From contig JAHRHZ010000267.1 in NCBI GenBank assembly GCA_024137785.1, forward strand, positions 19,055,664 to 19,119,663: a stretch of DNA of 64,000 bases, written 5' to 3'. Shown piece by piece: positions 48,612 through 62,169 of the stretch (position 1 is its first letter; every line of letters begins with the position of its first letter). Position numbers and translations under genes: made by a program. Source of the DNA: Ginglymostoma cirratum. Taxonomy: Eukaryota. A model generated the notes under the pieces. It was not told the DNA's origin. It ran no database searches and saw only the letters and a program-made list of their open reading frames with translations.

Positions 48612-50065
48612 TGCAGAAATATTTGTATAATCTGTAAACATGGATGAAGTACCAGAGGACTACAGGGTGGCTAATGTCATGCCATTGTTTAAGAAATGCT
48701 GTAAGGAGAAGCCTGAAAACTATAAACCTGCAAGTCTGACATCTGCATCGGTAAGTTGCTGGAGGTGATTCTGAAAGATAGGATTTACATGCATTTGGAG
48801 AGGCAAGTCTTGATTAGAGATAGTCAGCATAGATTTGTGCAAGGAAAATCATGTCTCACAAACTTGATTGAGTTTTTTTAATGAAGTAACCAAAAAGATT
48901 GATGAGGGCAGAGCAGCAGATGTTGTTGACATGGACTTTAGTAAAGCCTTTGACATTGGTAGACTAATTAGAAAAGTTAGATCGCATAGGATTCAGGGTG
49001 AGCTTTCTAATTGGATCTAAATTGGCTTAACGGCAGGAGAGGGAGGGTGCTGGTGGAAAGTAGTTTTGTGAAATGGAGGCCTGGGACCCGGGGTGTTCCA
49101 TAGGGATTGGTACTGGGTCCACTTTCATTTGTCACTTGTATAAATGATTTGGATGAGAATACAGGAGACATGGCTAGTAAGCTTACAGATGGCACCGAAA
49201 TTGGTGGTATAGTGGGCAGTGAAGAAGTTATCTAAGATTACAAAGAGATCATGATCAGTTGGGTCAGTGGGCTGAGGAATGGTAGGTGGAATTTAGTTTT
49301 AATAAATGTGAGGGTTATTTAATGTGCATTTTGGTAATTCAAACAAGGACAGTCTTATACAATTAATGTTAGGGCCCTGGGTAGTGTTGTAGAACATAGA
49401 AACCCCAGGCGTTCAGTTGCATAATTCTTTGAAGTTTGCATCACGTGGTTAAGAAGTCGTTTAGCACATTTGCCTTCATTGCTCAGACCTTTGAGTATAG
49501 GAGTTGGGACATGATGTTGAGGTTGTATAGGATGTTGGTGAGACCTCTTCTGGAGTACTATATGCAATTCTGGTCATCCTGCTATGGCAAGGACATTATT
49601 AAACTGAAGAGGGTTCAGAAGAGATTTATCAAGATATTGCCCAGAATGGAGGATTTAAGATATAAAAATAGACTGAAAAGGCTGGGACATTTTCCCTGGA
49701 GTGTAGAAGGTTGAGAGGTGACCTTATCTGGGTTTATAAAATCATGAGGGGCAGAGATAAGTTGAGTGACAAGTATCTTTTCCCTAGAGTGGGGAAGTTC
49801 AAAACTAAGGGATAAACTTTTAAGGTGAGAGGAGGAAGGTTTAAAAAGGACACGAGGGGCAACTTCTTTACTCAGAGAGTGATTTCATGTGTGGAATAAA
49901 TTGCCAGAGATTGATGCAGGTACAGTTTAAAAGACACTTGAATAAGTTCATGAATAGGAAACATTTGGAGGGATATGGGTTCAGTGCAGGCAGGTTGGGA
50001 ACATGGTCGGAGTAGACTAGTTGGACCAGAGGGTCTGTTTCCATGCTGTATAACTCTGACTCTAT
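48612..50065 (+). mobile_element. CR1 (HER1-type) LINE RT region and 3' end
   Basis: Motifs VPEDYRVANVMPLFKKCCKEKPENYKP, SCLTNLIEFF, DMDFSKAFD, GVP*GLVLGP and LYRMLVRPLLEY. Confidence 0.92.
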
Positions 50066-51239
50066 CTGCAGAATGAAAGGTATTTCTCACCCTCCAACAA
50101 ATATAACAGTGTCCAAAAAGCCAATGACGAGAAATTAATAGGACCGTATCTATTTTTCCTACAGTTTGCTTCTTCTGTCAGGCTCATCCACAATTTCAGG
50201 AGGTTGAACAAAATGCTGATTGCAGGTTTCCAGACTGCAAGTATGCCAGGACACGTGGGCACTAGTTCTACAGAAAAGGCAATTGATATTTGGCTGGTAT
50301 CTCTGTAACAAATGGTGCAAATGTGGCGTGAACATTTTAGAGTAGAGCTGTGAACAGAATGTCAAATCTGAATCAATTCTGCCTGCTCATTTGAGAAAGT
50401 AATATTGCACACATGTTGTGGATATTTTTCCCATCTTTGCATGCAGTTGGCTGGTGATGAACATTTCCATGTACGTCCTTCACAGGCTTCGATGCCTTTA
50501 TTTGCAGATGCCAGGGAAGACTAGCATGTTTCATATTTAATTCCTTTAGAGAGAGATGAAGGTAGATATGTTTTCTTCGTCCATCTGATTCATCCAGTTT
50601 CCCTACCCTTCTCATGGTTGCACATCAATGTGTCCTCGAGGACTCTAATGCTTTCTTTGTGATTGGGATGATGAGGTTGGGAGCTGCTTTTGCCTCATTG
50701 TACTCATCTCTCTAAGGTATTTGTTCAATGTTAAAATTCAATTTCAAATATTGTATTGTGTGCATCTGAAGTTTGAATACTTCAAGCCTCAACCCGGGGT
50801 TAACTGTAACTGAATAGTGACTTGCAAAGTGTCCCATTGCTGTGTATTTGGAGATTACTAGAGTGTGGACAGGAGACTATGGTCTTCTTTCCATTGTCTC
50901 ACAATGCAGCATTTCTGATCTCTTCCTCTTCATCTGGTTCATAGGCTCGTAGCTGAATGATAGAGTTCAGGCACTTTCTATCATGATGCATTAAGAAAAC
51001 AGCAGGACAGACCCTGAGATCTAGTTAAAAATGGTCAATGTTAAACTGAAACAAAGGAATATGGCTGAGTCAAACAATTCAATGTGGCAAAGATCGCTGA
51101 AATTATGGGCGACTTGCAGAGAAAAGGGTTAAAATTGAAACAGTTGTGGAGACGTTCCTTTTCTTACATTGCCAGTCATCGCTCTTCAAATATTATCCTT
51201 AATTTAGTGGCTCTAAGTCTAATGTTGTGTGTCCAGATT

Positions 51240-52465
51240 CTGTGGAGTGTTAAAGAAATGGAATCCGCTTTTGAATGTAGCGATGGTCAATTACTCTGCC
51301 ACACAAATGTGAGACCGTTTTGTCCAGCACTTGCTTCATTTTCAACACCCGTCTGCCCATTCCTCCAAGGAGAGGTACCTATGGATAGTTGAACAATTAT
51401 CCATGGGTCTCTCCTACTGTTTACCATATGTTAGATTCTTGCAGTTTTACACACTAGGTTACTGGAGTTATTGAAAGCCTTGTAATTAGGTCATTTCACT
51501 GTGCAACCATGGAAGCTCAAATAGGGCGCCTCTAGAGGTATCATGTGGGATAACAGTTTCCCTGATAAGATCACGTTTTGCTGCATATGACATAAGCTCA
51601 TAAACAACATGTAGACAGTCATTTTGGTGAACGCTGCAAAGTTTTCCTCAGAAGATTAAAATATTTCAAGTTTGAGCAGCAGAGGAAGTTACTATGCAAT
51701 GCCAACAGGCAGTACCAGGCCATATCCTTCTAATTTAACAAGGTGCTGCCGGCAAGCCACCAGGATATTCTGTGTATCACATAAATGAGTAATGTGGTAT
51801 GTGAAGTTCAGTACTGATGTGATGCCAGGTATGTCCTAAGGACTGGTGAAACATATTAAAATTCATATTTATTTTTGGTTATTCGAAAAAGCAAAGAACT
51901 TACCATTCAAAGCGTGCCCATTCTTGCAAAACTCATGGCACAGCATGCAGCATTAGATTTGAATTTATGAGTCTATGACTCTATAACATCTACTGATTAA
52001 TCCTGAGTGTGCAATAAATTATGCTGACAACCAATTAAGAATGTCAATCAGGCTGACAATGTGGCGTGCTTGGATGTACTGGAATCTACATATATTAATA
52101 CACACAAAGCACTGCTTTATGAAGACAGAAAGATCATGTACATATATTGTTCCTGTTTCAACTCAACAAAAGACATGATACCATTTTGGGGTTTGTTTCT
52201 CAGAACAATGCCTTGATCAATCAGACTCAGCCTGCCTGGTTTCAAAATTCACACAGAGTTGGTTGTCTATTTTCAATCATCATTAACTAGTGCGTAGATC
52301 AGGGCAACATGTCTACCAATCAGAGTCTACTTGCCGAACATTCAGCATTCTCCTCTTGTCTAGATGTCATTTTTTCCCCTATTAAATAGTTACATTTGTG
52401 AACTGTGCTCATGCGTGAAAGACAATCAGTTTAACCAAATGTGCCTTTTTTTCAGCAATACTCAA
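51240..52465 (+). mobile_element. Degenerate Penelope-like element (RT thumb, GIY-YIG, pLTR)
   Basis: NVVCEVQY*CDARYV at ~51790 and LINPECAINYADNQ...VLESTYINT at ~51990-52100. The terminal region is homologous to 4400-4600. Confidence 0.65.
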
Positions 52466-52494
52466 AAAAACCCAGCAAATTATTTCTGCGTATC

Positions 52495-52900
52495 CTCATC
52501 AGCTTGGCATGGTAGTAGCACTCTCACCAGAATCAGGAGATTGTGTTCTCAAGACCCAGTGCAGTACTTGAATACACAATAGTAGATGGCACTTCCATGT
52601 TGTGCTTAGGCAGGACTGTTCTGTTAGGTTTAGCACATTGGAATGATGCTTTAAAAAAAGCTTTTGAAAAGGCCTTGTCTGTCAGATTTGGTGAATGTAA
52701 AAAACATCATGACATTATTTAAGTACGTGTAGAAGAGTTCTGCCGCTGGCAACATTTATATATTAACCAAAGACACCAAAACAGATCACTTGATGATTTA
52801 CACCATTGCTGATTCCTGCAACTTTTCTGTGCATACATTGGCATTGGATTTGTCTACACAATAACAGTAACTGAACATTAAAACAAAATAATTTATTTAA
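52495..52900 (+). mobile_element. DeuSINE (SacSINE1-like), degenerate
   Basis: Head ggtagtagcactctcacc; Deu-like gtaaaaaacatcatgacattattt...aaaacagatcacttgatgatttacaccattgctg...aacagtaac. Confidence 0.6.
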
Positions 52901-53811
52901 GGTCTTAGAGCTCGCAACAACTTGATTGCAAATGATACTTTGAGTTGGAGTAGTTCAGCCCGAAACTTTAACTTTCCTAGGATGCTGTCTGAACTGCTGT
53001 GCTTTTCCAGCCTCACACCTGTGTACTTGAGTTGGCTTGATCCTTACCTTACTCAACATCTCAAGAACAGTGAAATAAACACATTGGTTGCTTTCGTTCA
53101 GGATGGTGAAAGTTATCTTGGTCATTGTTTTAAAAATTTGTGTCTTTCAATGAATTGTGAAGGAAAGCTTAAATTATTTAAAGCATTCAGGTTGCACCTA
53201 GCTAGCCCTTTGAAAGATGTTTCCTAACTACTCTGTTTGAGCATTATCTTGTCTGCTTGTTAAGTACACTACCCTCTTAAGTAGGAGACAGACAATTGAC
53301 TCATTATTCAGCATTTCTTGCCAACAACACACCTTTCTTTACTGACAAAGCATTTTCCTGCTAAAGGTCACCAAACTCCAATGATTTCTCGGAATGAACA
53401 ACTTGAGCATTTATTATTTGTAGGTACAGAATAAAATAATAAAAAATAAATTATTTGATATGTAAGGAAAGCAAACAATTCAATTATATGAGGGTAAACC
53501 AAATCCTATGTATTTAAGTATAGAAACAGAGATAACTTAAACCTAGCTGTAGAGAAATAAAAGATATCCTGATTTCATCAAACTGCTAAATCATGGCAAG
53601 TTCTTTCTATCTTGCAAATAACCTACAATAAGCATGGGGATTTCTCGCAGTCTGAGAGAACAGTGGAACATCTGCTTGAAGGACACTTGCAGCAACCGCC
53701 AAGGATTAGTCAGACACCAGTCAGTGTGGCCTAAAACTTTGCTTCATAATTATTCAAGAATGCAGAATTCTGAGGGGCAGCAGCGGAAGGACAGACAGAT
53801 CAACCCTTCAG

Positions 53812-53950
53812 AACTTCCTGAAGAAGGGTCACTGGACCTGAAATGTTAACTCTGTTTTGTCTTCACAGATACTGCCGGACCTGCTGAGTTTCTCCAGCAA
53901 TTTCTATTTTTGTTTCTCCTTTCTGGCATCTGCATTTTTTTAGTTCTTTT
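53812..53950 (+). mobile_element. PLE terminal fragment with hammerhead core (53818-53847)
   Basis: ctgaagaagggtcactggacctgaaatgttaactctg...cacagatactgcc, the same family as 1427-1520. Confidence 0.75.
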
Positions 53951-54683
53951 GCCCCCATAAGTTGTTATATCTAGTTTAGCAGCTAAAAAACATGGTTGGA
54001 GAGACGGTGGATCAGATGTAGAATTCTGTCACTTTCCTTCAAACAGCTCTTTATATTTACTTTCCCTTCATTTTTGCCCATCTCTTGTGAGCATGCTGTT
54101 TCTTCAGCCCTCGTCAAATGTTGATAATGATTTGAGACTCATTTGAAACTGTCAAAAGACTTTTGGAACTTTTAATATCCTTTTGTTATTTTCCGCCATT
54201 TCTTTACAATGCAGTTCTCTGTGGTCTTCATGACTGTGCTCTCAGCACCCTTGCAGCTGCTCAGTCAGAGATACTAATGACGCAGCAGCAGAATATTGGA
54301 TTCAAATTGCAAGGATTTTAGTCACATCTAGCAAATCTGACCATGTAATGTTCTGAATATAGTCTATTACTTTTATCATCATTATCATTTGTTTATTCAT
54401 GTAAAATTCAACTTCCCTCATGGCCAAGGGCCAAATCAAGGGCTTAAAATTAATCATGCCAAGTAAAATATTAAAATGTAAATAATGACAAATGGAACAT
54501 TCTGATTTTAAGCTGGAGCTTTGCATTATCAGAGACAAGAATTTAATTCATTAGAGTTTGTTTACTTTGCAGATGAGGTATGGCATTTGTCATTTTACTT
54601 CTTAATTCATTTAGTTATTTTGAAGCCATAGCTGGTGGTCATTGAGAAAACTGTCAGCAGGAAGCAAGTAATGAAGTTTGGAG

Positions 54684-54884
54684 ATAACAAGCATGGGGCT
54701 GGATGAACACAGCAGGTCAAGCAGCATCATAGGAGCAGGAAAACTTGACGTTTCGGGCCTAAACCCACGAAACATCAAGTTTTCCTGCTCCTATGATGCT
54801 GCTTGACCTGCTGTGTTCATCCAGCCCCATGCTTGTTATCTCGGATTCTCCAGCATCTGCAGTACCTTTTATCTCTGATACTAT
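54684..54884. mobile_element. Palindromic PLE mini-element with 15-bp TSD
   Basis: TSD taatgaagtttggag at 54669-54683 and 54885-54899. Inverted arms 54681-54755 and 54768-54842. Confidence 0.9.
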
Positions 54885-56394
54885 TAATGAAGTTTGGAGC
54901 TTGGCAGTGATCTTGTGAAAGAACAACGATGTTAATTGTGCCTGTTCTTGAATGCCTCCAGACCACAATCATGTAAGACATCTGAGTAACTATGATAATC
55001 AATACCAAGATGATTTTACATATCTTTTTGTGAACACTTTCAATGGCTTTATGTTTCTGCCTTGGGATTCTAGTTAACTACACACATGCCACATAATTCA
55101 ATAAAGGTGACCAAAAGATGTGAACAGGATTACAAGGTCATTAGTTGAGATGAAATGGTATTTCAGCTTCAGAAGCCTGTGCATTTGGCTGTTAGCTCAT
55201 TTGACAGTAGAATCGACAGATACATCCCATAAATATGTACAAGAGTTGCACAATGTTGAAATGTTTTATTGTGACACCATTCATAGGTTGATTTGGAGTT
55301 GTCAATTTATAAGAATGAGCCAGATGAAAACAGTAATGCCTAAATCTACACCAAACATTGAAAATCTAGATGAGGAAGCCTGAGTAAATTTATCCAGAAC
55401 ACCTCTGGTTAATACCTCTTCTACAGTGAATTAGCTGAAATGAGCAAGGTCACGTGTAGGGCTGTTGAGAATAGATTAAGTTTCCTGGGTTAGAAACAGG
55501 GAAATTTGCTAAAGTTTATGTTTTGAATTGCCATCCAGTAAGCCTTGTTGGAAGTGAAGATGTGCAATCATCAGCTGGAGATAGGCTTAGATATAGGTAT
55601 GATGCTGCCTACAATTAATTGTCACTCTTAAGATTCATATGTACCTCAATACCAGTTGTGTGAAGTAACAGAGGGAAAGACTACAATAAAGAAAAGGAGG
55701 CAAAGGGAGACAAAGTTTGAAGGAAACGAAGGAGGGTAATTGGTAAGAAAAAAAACACATTCATAAAAATTCACAGATATTTAGTTCTAAATAGTAAAAA
55801 TAACATTTTTATTTTTGTGTTTTCTTGCGGCTTTATAAGAATATACATACATTAAATGATATTGCGATAGAGAAAGGTATACATTCATTTATATTTTAAA
55901 AAGCTATTGTAAGATTAAAGTTGCAGATATAGATATTTTATGAGGTCATTGTATCTTTAGGTGTATAATCACACATACATTTTATGAGAGTGTACATTCT
56001 CATACATAGTGTATGAAGGCAGAGCGTACTCTGTCTGCATGATGGCTGCAACAGAAACATATTGTTAGATTAGGCTACTTCTAGTTAAAGAATGCTGATT
56101 GAGAGACCAAAAGAAACAATCCAGTAACACACAATATAGAAATTGTATCACAAAAAAGAGGTGAGCACAATAAAAGGGCTTAAATATGCTTGAACTTAAT
56201 CCCATCAAAAATAATGCTGATCATATTCAAACACAGCTGCTAGCTCTCTCTCTTGGTCAGGACCAACAAATATGTTTGTTTTTTACAATTCAGCTATTAC
56301 CCTACGATTAAAAACGTAGTCAACTAGATCAAAATGAAGGAGCATATTATAGGTTTTTTTTTGCTTATTACCTATTAATGCAACGAAAATACAA

Positions 56395-56490
56395 TAAGAC
56401 AGACAGGAGGCTGGAAGAACACAGCAAGCCAGGCAACAGCTGAAGGAAAGGGGAAGTCAATGTTTCAGGTATTACCCATCATCAGGACTC
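56395..56490 (-). mobile_element. PLE terminal fragment with hammerhead-like core
   Basis: Minus strand reads gtc-CTGATGA-tgggtaatacct-GAAA-catt-gac. Confidence 0.6.
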
Positions 56491-57469
56491 AATACGAATA
56501 AAATAGCACCCTTCTTCAAACACACATACAAACATTGACAATATGTTTAATACAAGTGTGTTGGGCACACAATTATGGATGTGCTCCAGAATGGAACCTA
56601 TTCTCAACCTGAGGACTGACTGTAAATTGTTGCTATACAACACAGGAAGACGAAAAAAAACCTGAATAGTACAGCACAGTAACCATGCTGAGCAGAAAGA
56701 GAAGGCAACAAAATGAAAGCATATAAAACACGTAAAGGTGTCATTTTGTGCTTCCTTGAACATTGTCAACAATGGTGCATAAATCAGGAAAATACAGTGA
56801 AAGTGGAAAATATCACATAATCAACATCATGAAAAGAATTTCCAATTTTCCAAACGGTGTGTAATTAGAATCTTGTTAATGAGCAGTGGCTACCTTTTCC
56901 CCATGCATTTGCACCTCATTATAAGCTAAACTTGTTTCATTTCTATGACGCTTCCAATTCTCCTCTCATCCAAGAAACTAGGCAGCACCAATTATCAACA
57001 TGGAAATGAAAGTGGTAACTTGGCAGTAGCAGCTCACTGCTTGTTTCTCTGGGCCTTCTTCCACTCTGTTTTCACCACAACATCACTGCATGCTCCATGG
57101 GCATTGTTTTCTTCTACCTTACATCCAAAGAAGCTGGCAACAGCAAACTACCAGCCTCATCAGATCATTATGCCTACTCTTGGATCAACACACATCCCAC
57201 TTCAGCTGTTCAGGACTTCACTGAGATGATGGCAATTACCCTTGCAGAGGGCTGAATGTCAGTAACTTTAGCCCTGCAATGTTGGACATGGTGTTTCATT
57301 CAGCACACTTCATTCAGGGCACTATCTCACTCCAGACAGACGGAGACTAATGGTTGTAGCCACCATAGTCAGTCAGGAAGGAAAAAAGAAAACATTGAAC
57401 CCCTTTCCTCCACTCCATCCATCGGCATCTCCATGACCTTGTTGGTCAACTAAAGAGCTAACTTGCCTT

Positions 57470-57575
57470 CAGAACATAGAACATAGAACAGTACAGCACA
57501 GTACAGGCCCTTCGGCCCATGATGTTGTGCCGATGTATTATCCTACCCTAAGATCAAACTACCATGCATACCCTA
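57470..57575 (-). mobile_element. CR1 LINE extreme 3' tail
   Basis: (agaacat)n followed by gtacagcacagtacaggcccttcggccc. Confidence 0.8.
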
Positions 57576-58049
57576 CAGATAACAATCATGGGCCTTCAGG
57601 GCCAATTCCTCGGGGATAACACTGGGGTATCAGATGCGAAGGCCATTTCTTGGCTCGCAGTGTTGGAAATGCTATAGCATTTAGGTTTCAATACTGCTCC
57701 ACCATTGTGGACTTCACAAAATCGTGGCAGAAGAGAACACTTCCACCTCTCGGGCTGCAATAAAATTCATCCCTGTGTGTCACAGAGAGGGAGAGGGGGA
57801 GGACAAAAGTATAAGACAGTGCACAGGGAGATAATGAAAGTTTAGATGAAGGGGAGTGAGTAAGACCAGCCTGTGTGTATAATAAACATGGGGCAGAATC
57901 TTTCAGGGGTCTGAGTGATGTGGGCAATGGTGGAAGTCATTGCAGAATCATAGCCTCTTTCATGCTTTTGACAAGTGTAGAAGCACGTTTCTCACTAGGC
58001 TGAAGTGGGTTCCAATTAATGAAGATAATTGCTTGTTATTTTTAAAACT

Positions 58050-58358
58050 TAATTCATTCACAGGATGAGGGTTTTGTTATCCATCCCTAATTGCCCAGAG
58101 GTCAGTTAAGAGTCAATCACATTGCTGTGGGTCTGCAGTCACTTGTAGGCCCAGAGTAAGTAAGGACATTGGTGAACCAGATGCTTCTGGCAATCAGCAG
58201 TGGTTTCATGGTCATCATTAGACTCTTAATTCCAGATTTTTTATTGAATTCAAATTCCACCATCTGCCATGGCGGGATTCAAACCTGTGTCCCCAGAACA
58301 TTGCCTCAGTCTCTCGATTAACAGTCGAGTGATTATACCACTAGGCCATCGCCTCCCC
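58050..58358 (-). mobile_element. tRNA-derived SINE (family of 22342-22673)
   Basis: The reverse complement starts gggaggcgatggcctagtggtat. Confidence 0.85.
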
Positions 58359-58929
58359 CATAAACAACTTGCTAAGGGCCCAACTCATCTCATTAACGTT
58401 CAATTTCCTACCTTATCAAATGCACCAAACAAACTAGATGTTGCGGATTCTCAACGTGGAAGGGTCAGGGTGGGTACCTAGTGATTTCGTTCACTGCTTG
58501 CTGTGCACAAGTTGGACACTGGGTACTAATATGTCAAGGCCTGCTCTGTAGGCATCAGTGACACAACTCCACATTCATAGAAATTGGCAGTCGACATCTT
58601 CCAGCCTCAAGGAATCCTCATGGCACATCTTCAATCCACTTACAGTATACTTCTGCACTTCAGTGTTGCTCCTCAGTCTACACCGGTAACATCGTTCTAT
58701 ACAATGCTGCAGAAAGGATACTGTGCATTTAGGGTCACACACCTAGCTCAGGGATTGGACCAGGTTGCAATGTTAGTATCTTCACTCACCATCATCTCGC
58801 TCACACACTCTGAGACTGCCTGGATCTTCACGCATCCCTACCTTGGATTACCTTGTCTCACCTTTCTGTGCTTTGATCTCTCATCCAGAGACACCATCTC
58901 ATATTTTTTTCTGTCTTGCCTGACCATTA

Positions 58930-59651
58930 GGTGCAGACACAAAGGAAGGAGTGTTGACATATTTGTCAGCAGTCCTCAGTCAAGTCAAGGAGGATAGCCA
59001 TTGCTGAATTGTTGGGGGACACAGTAAGGCAAGGGTAACCTCAGATACCAGCCCAGGGACTGAGGCATGGTAAGGCAGCCATTCATCATGGTCACAGTCA
59101 GGCTACTGTCCACATAAGGAGTGAGGCGCCAAATGTCAGGCAGCCCACCACTGTCTTGAGACTTTTTGCTGTATTGTGGGCTGTTTTCCCGCTGGAATGA
59201 AAGACAGCCAGGTGTGAAGTGAGATGAAAGTGTGTGGTACAGTTATTACTTCTGGTACAAGTGGAGAGCTGTCCTGATTAAGTGATTAGGCAGCACAGAG
59301 GTCATGCAGACTTCATACCATTGACGGCTGGTTCGGGTGACAGTGAGTGAAGAAATATATTGCTGACAATAGCGGCAGTGGTAGAGCATGAGCCTTGGTG
59401 AACGACAGGTAGTGGAGATAGAATGACGATGAGTTATCAGAGGGACTATAATGGCACTTATGCTGGTGGACATCCACTGAGTGATAAGTTGTTCTGGGCA
59501 TGGTATATGAGGCCAGAATCAGGGCAGTGTAAGTCATTAAGGGGCTGAGTTTGGTAAAATACATTAAGACTGATTCAGCCTCTCAGCAGAAATCCTTCCA
59601 GAGATCTCAATACAATTCGAACTTCACCAGCAAGAACTGTAAGATTCAGCC
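58930..59651 (-). mobile_element. Harbinger Myb/SANT accessory-gene relic
   Basis: Minus-strand ttccag acceptor followed by KTAHN...GLPDIWRLTPY; homologous to 38450-38770; gattcagcc termini at ~59580 and ~59650. Confidence 0.5.
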
Positions 59652-59699
59652 TGTGGAAAGGAGCTAACAGTAAAAGCAAACCTGGATAGGAGGAGAGAG

Positions 59700-60300
59700 A
59701 GGGTAGCAGATTATGATAACTATAGATAATGGAATAAGAGAGTCGTACAGGAAAAGTCTATACAATAAGAATGTAAAGCAGTGGCTTGACAGCAAGAGAA
59801 CTGCATAATACGTTTGCCAGGTAAAACAGCTCACAAAGCGGAGTAGCTATGTGAAGCAGAATGACAGGTAACAAAGTAAAAAGGCAATGGCAACCATGTA
59901 AAACAGGAAAAGGAGATGGGAGCCCTGCAAAGGAGCATTCAGCACTATGGAAAGAGGACAGCACAATAAAAGGTCATGTATTTACTCTAGGCAACAGGGA
60001 TGGAGAATAGTACAGTAACCGTGCAACAGATATATTGACCTGAAATGAGACATTGGTGTAAAATGATAATTGTACATAACAGAATGGATATCATGAAGAA
60101 GTGACAAAGTGAAGAATGTGGTGAATGAGAGGATAGTGCACTGAAGAGTTGTGCAGTGATCCACAGTAAAAGAAGAAGTAAATAAGAATGATCAGAAATA
60201 AAAGGCGAGTTGAGTCTGCAAAACAAGAGTGTGTCAGAGACTGCAGTTCTGCTTTAGATGACATTATCTTCAATGGCAAACAGCTGATCTGTCAAGACAG
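59700..60300 (+). mobile_element. Possible highly degenerate Gypsy gag/pol remnant
   Basis: Purine-rich; PAKE..YGKR (zinc-knuckle-like) at ~59925 and LDDIIFNG (RT-like) at ~60255. Confidence 0.3.
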
Positions 60301-61718
60301 GGCAAGGAAATCAATGACAAGCTTAAAAGAAAGCAGCCAGCCTATAACAAGCCCTCCTGAACAGACATTTGATGTGTGACATCACTCTAGTTGATTTCAG
60401 GCATCTTGTCAAAAGGGATCTCGGAGATTCCTTGTCTGACTCTTCACTGACATCTGTAACAAATTGTTGAAAATCACCCCCTGTGATTCTGTCACCATGA
60501 AGGTAATCACATTCTGTTGCAATACTCAAATTGGAGGACTGTAGTTAAATCCCGTTAACTAAATAGATTGATACTTGCTAATTATTTCTTGATATTTGTC
60601 TGCAGGCCGTTGCTATTGTGACAGAATTTTAATGTTGTGACACAACATTAAAAGGACAAAAGTGTGATGTCTGTGAAATGTGCCCAATGATCGATGTTTT
60701 AAACCCAAGGGTGGGGGAGGCTAGGTGGTTCCGGCAATAGTTGGGATGGTGGGGTGGAGATTTGAGAGGGCTGGGTGTTTCCTGCCACTACTAGTCCTTT
60801 GCCGGTGGCAGCGGTGGGTAGTTTTCCCTCTGGGGTGGCTGCCGAGTAAAACCTTGTAACCTCCCCATTGGGATCTGCAGGGTCAGGGGACACCTATATT
60901 GGCATCCAATCTCCCCCATCAGCGTGGTCTGCCCCATGGAAAGATGGTGTCAAAGTCTTCTCATCCCTCCCTTCTCTGGATCCCAACGTGGCTGAACTCT
61001 GGACTTGTCAAGGGTCACTGGTCTGGGACAGCTGCAGTCTGAGCAGTGACCACCATTCCAAGTGACTGTGCTGGGACTGAGGAGCTACAGGCTCTCTGAT
61101 TGGTGAATTGACAGCTCTTAGAAGTGGGATATCCTTCAGGCAACCACAACTTCAGACAACTGTTTGTCTGTATCACGTACAATGGAAATGTGCTTTACAG
61201 GCAGGCAGAAGAGGATCACCCGCAAATGCACAGATAATGGGTGTGGCCTCGATGACCAGTATCTTCAAGAGTCTAGATACAAATTAATATTAAATCTGAT
61301 ATGGTTCCATTGTTCTATCCTGTTCCATCAACTGTTGTGTTATAGACAGAGGATTTTCAGAATATAGCAGAACTGTCCATGTCCTGTGTATTCAGTTAAG
61401 TATTCCTGTATTCACTGGTTAGAGAGCTGTGGCATTCTATTTCGTGGGAGGATATGCATACTGTCAAAATTGACTGAAGGAACAACAAAAGGGAAACAGA
61501 GTGCTTGCTTCCTTAAATCTTACGCTATATTATATACTCATTTAAAACCGAGTGTAGGTTTCTAATGCAGTGAGAGAGAAGGGCTGAAGATAATTAGAGC
61601 AGGGCACACGAGTCAGCATTTATTAAAAAAACTCACATTCTCTAGATTTTTTTCTACACTTCGATTGTATAATTTTATAAGTTAAATAGGACGACTTCTT
61701 GAAAACTGGGAATCAAAG

Positions 61719-62027
61719 ATCATAGCTCACAGAAGCCCTACAGTGTGGAAACAGGCCCTTTGGCCCAACAAGCTCAGACCGACCCTCAGAGCATCCCAAC
61801 CGGACCCATTCCCCTGTAACTCACCTAATCCCCTGAACGATTGGGGCAATTTAGCATGGCCCATCCACCTAACCTGTACATCTTTGGACTGTGGAAGGAA
61901 ACCGGAGCACCCAGAGGAAACCCACACAGACACGGGAAGAACGTGCAAACTCCACACAGACAGTTGCCCAAGGGTGGAACCGAACCCGGAGCCCTGGCAC
62001 TGTGAGGCAGCAGTGCTAACCACTGAG
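61719..62027 (-). mobile_element. HE1-type V-SINE
   Basis: Well-preserved copy: ggaaggaaaccggagcacccagaggaaacccac...gtgaggcagcagtgctaaccactgag. Confidence 0.9.
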
Positions 62028-62169
62028 GAAAGATCTAGAGTTATTTGAATCATTGGACTTCCTTTACTGTTTTAGGAATTGGGAGATGCAGTGCTGGTGA
62101 ACTGTAATTACATCATGCCAAGTTTGCCAGAACAGTTTCCATTATGAATGTGGACGTCGTGGTGATGTT

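Noticed and set aside
15686-62027. All four HE1 SINEs on the minus strand, suggesting an intron of a plus-strand gene
   Set aside because: Four of four on one strand has a 1-in-8 chance, and the other retroelements occur on both strands.
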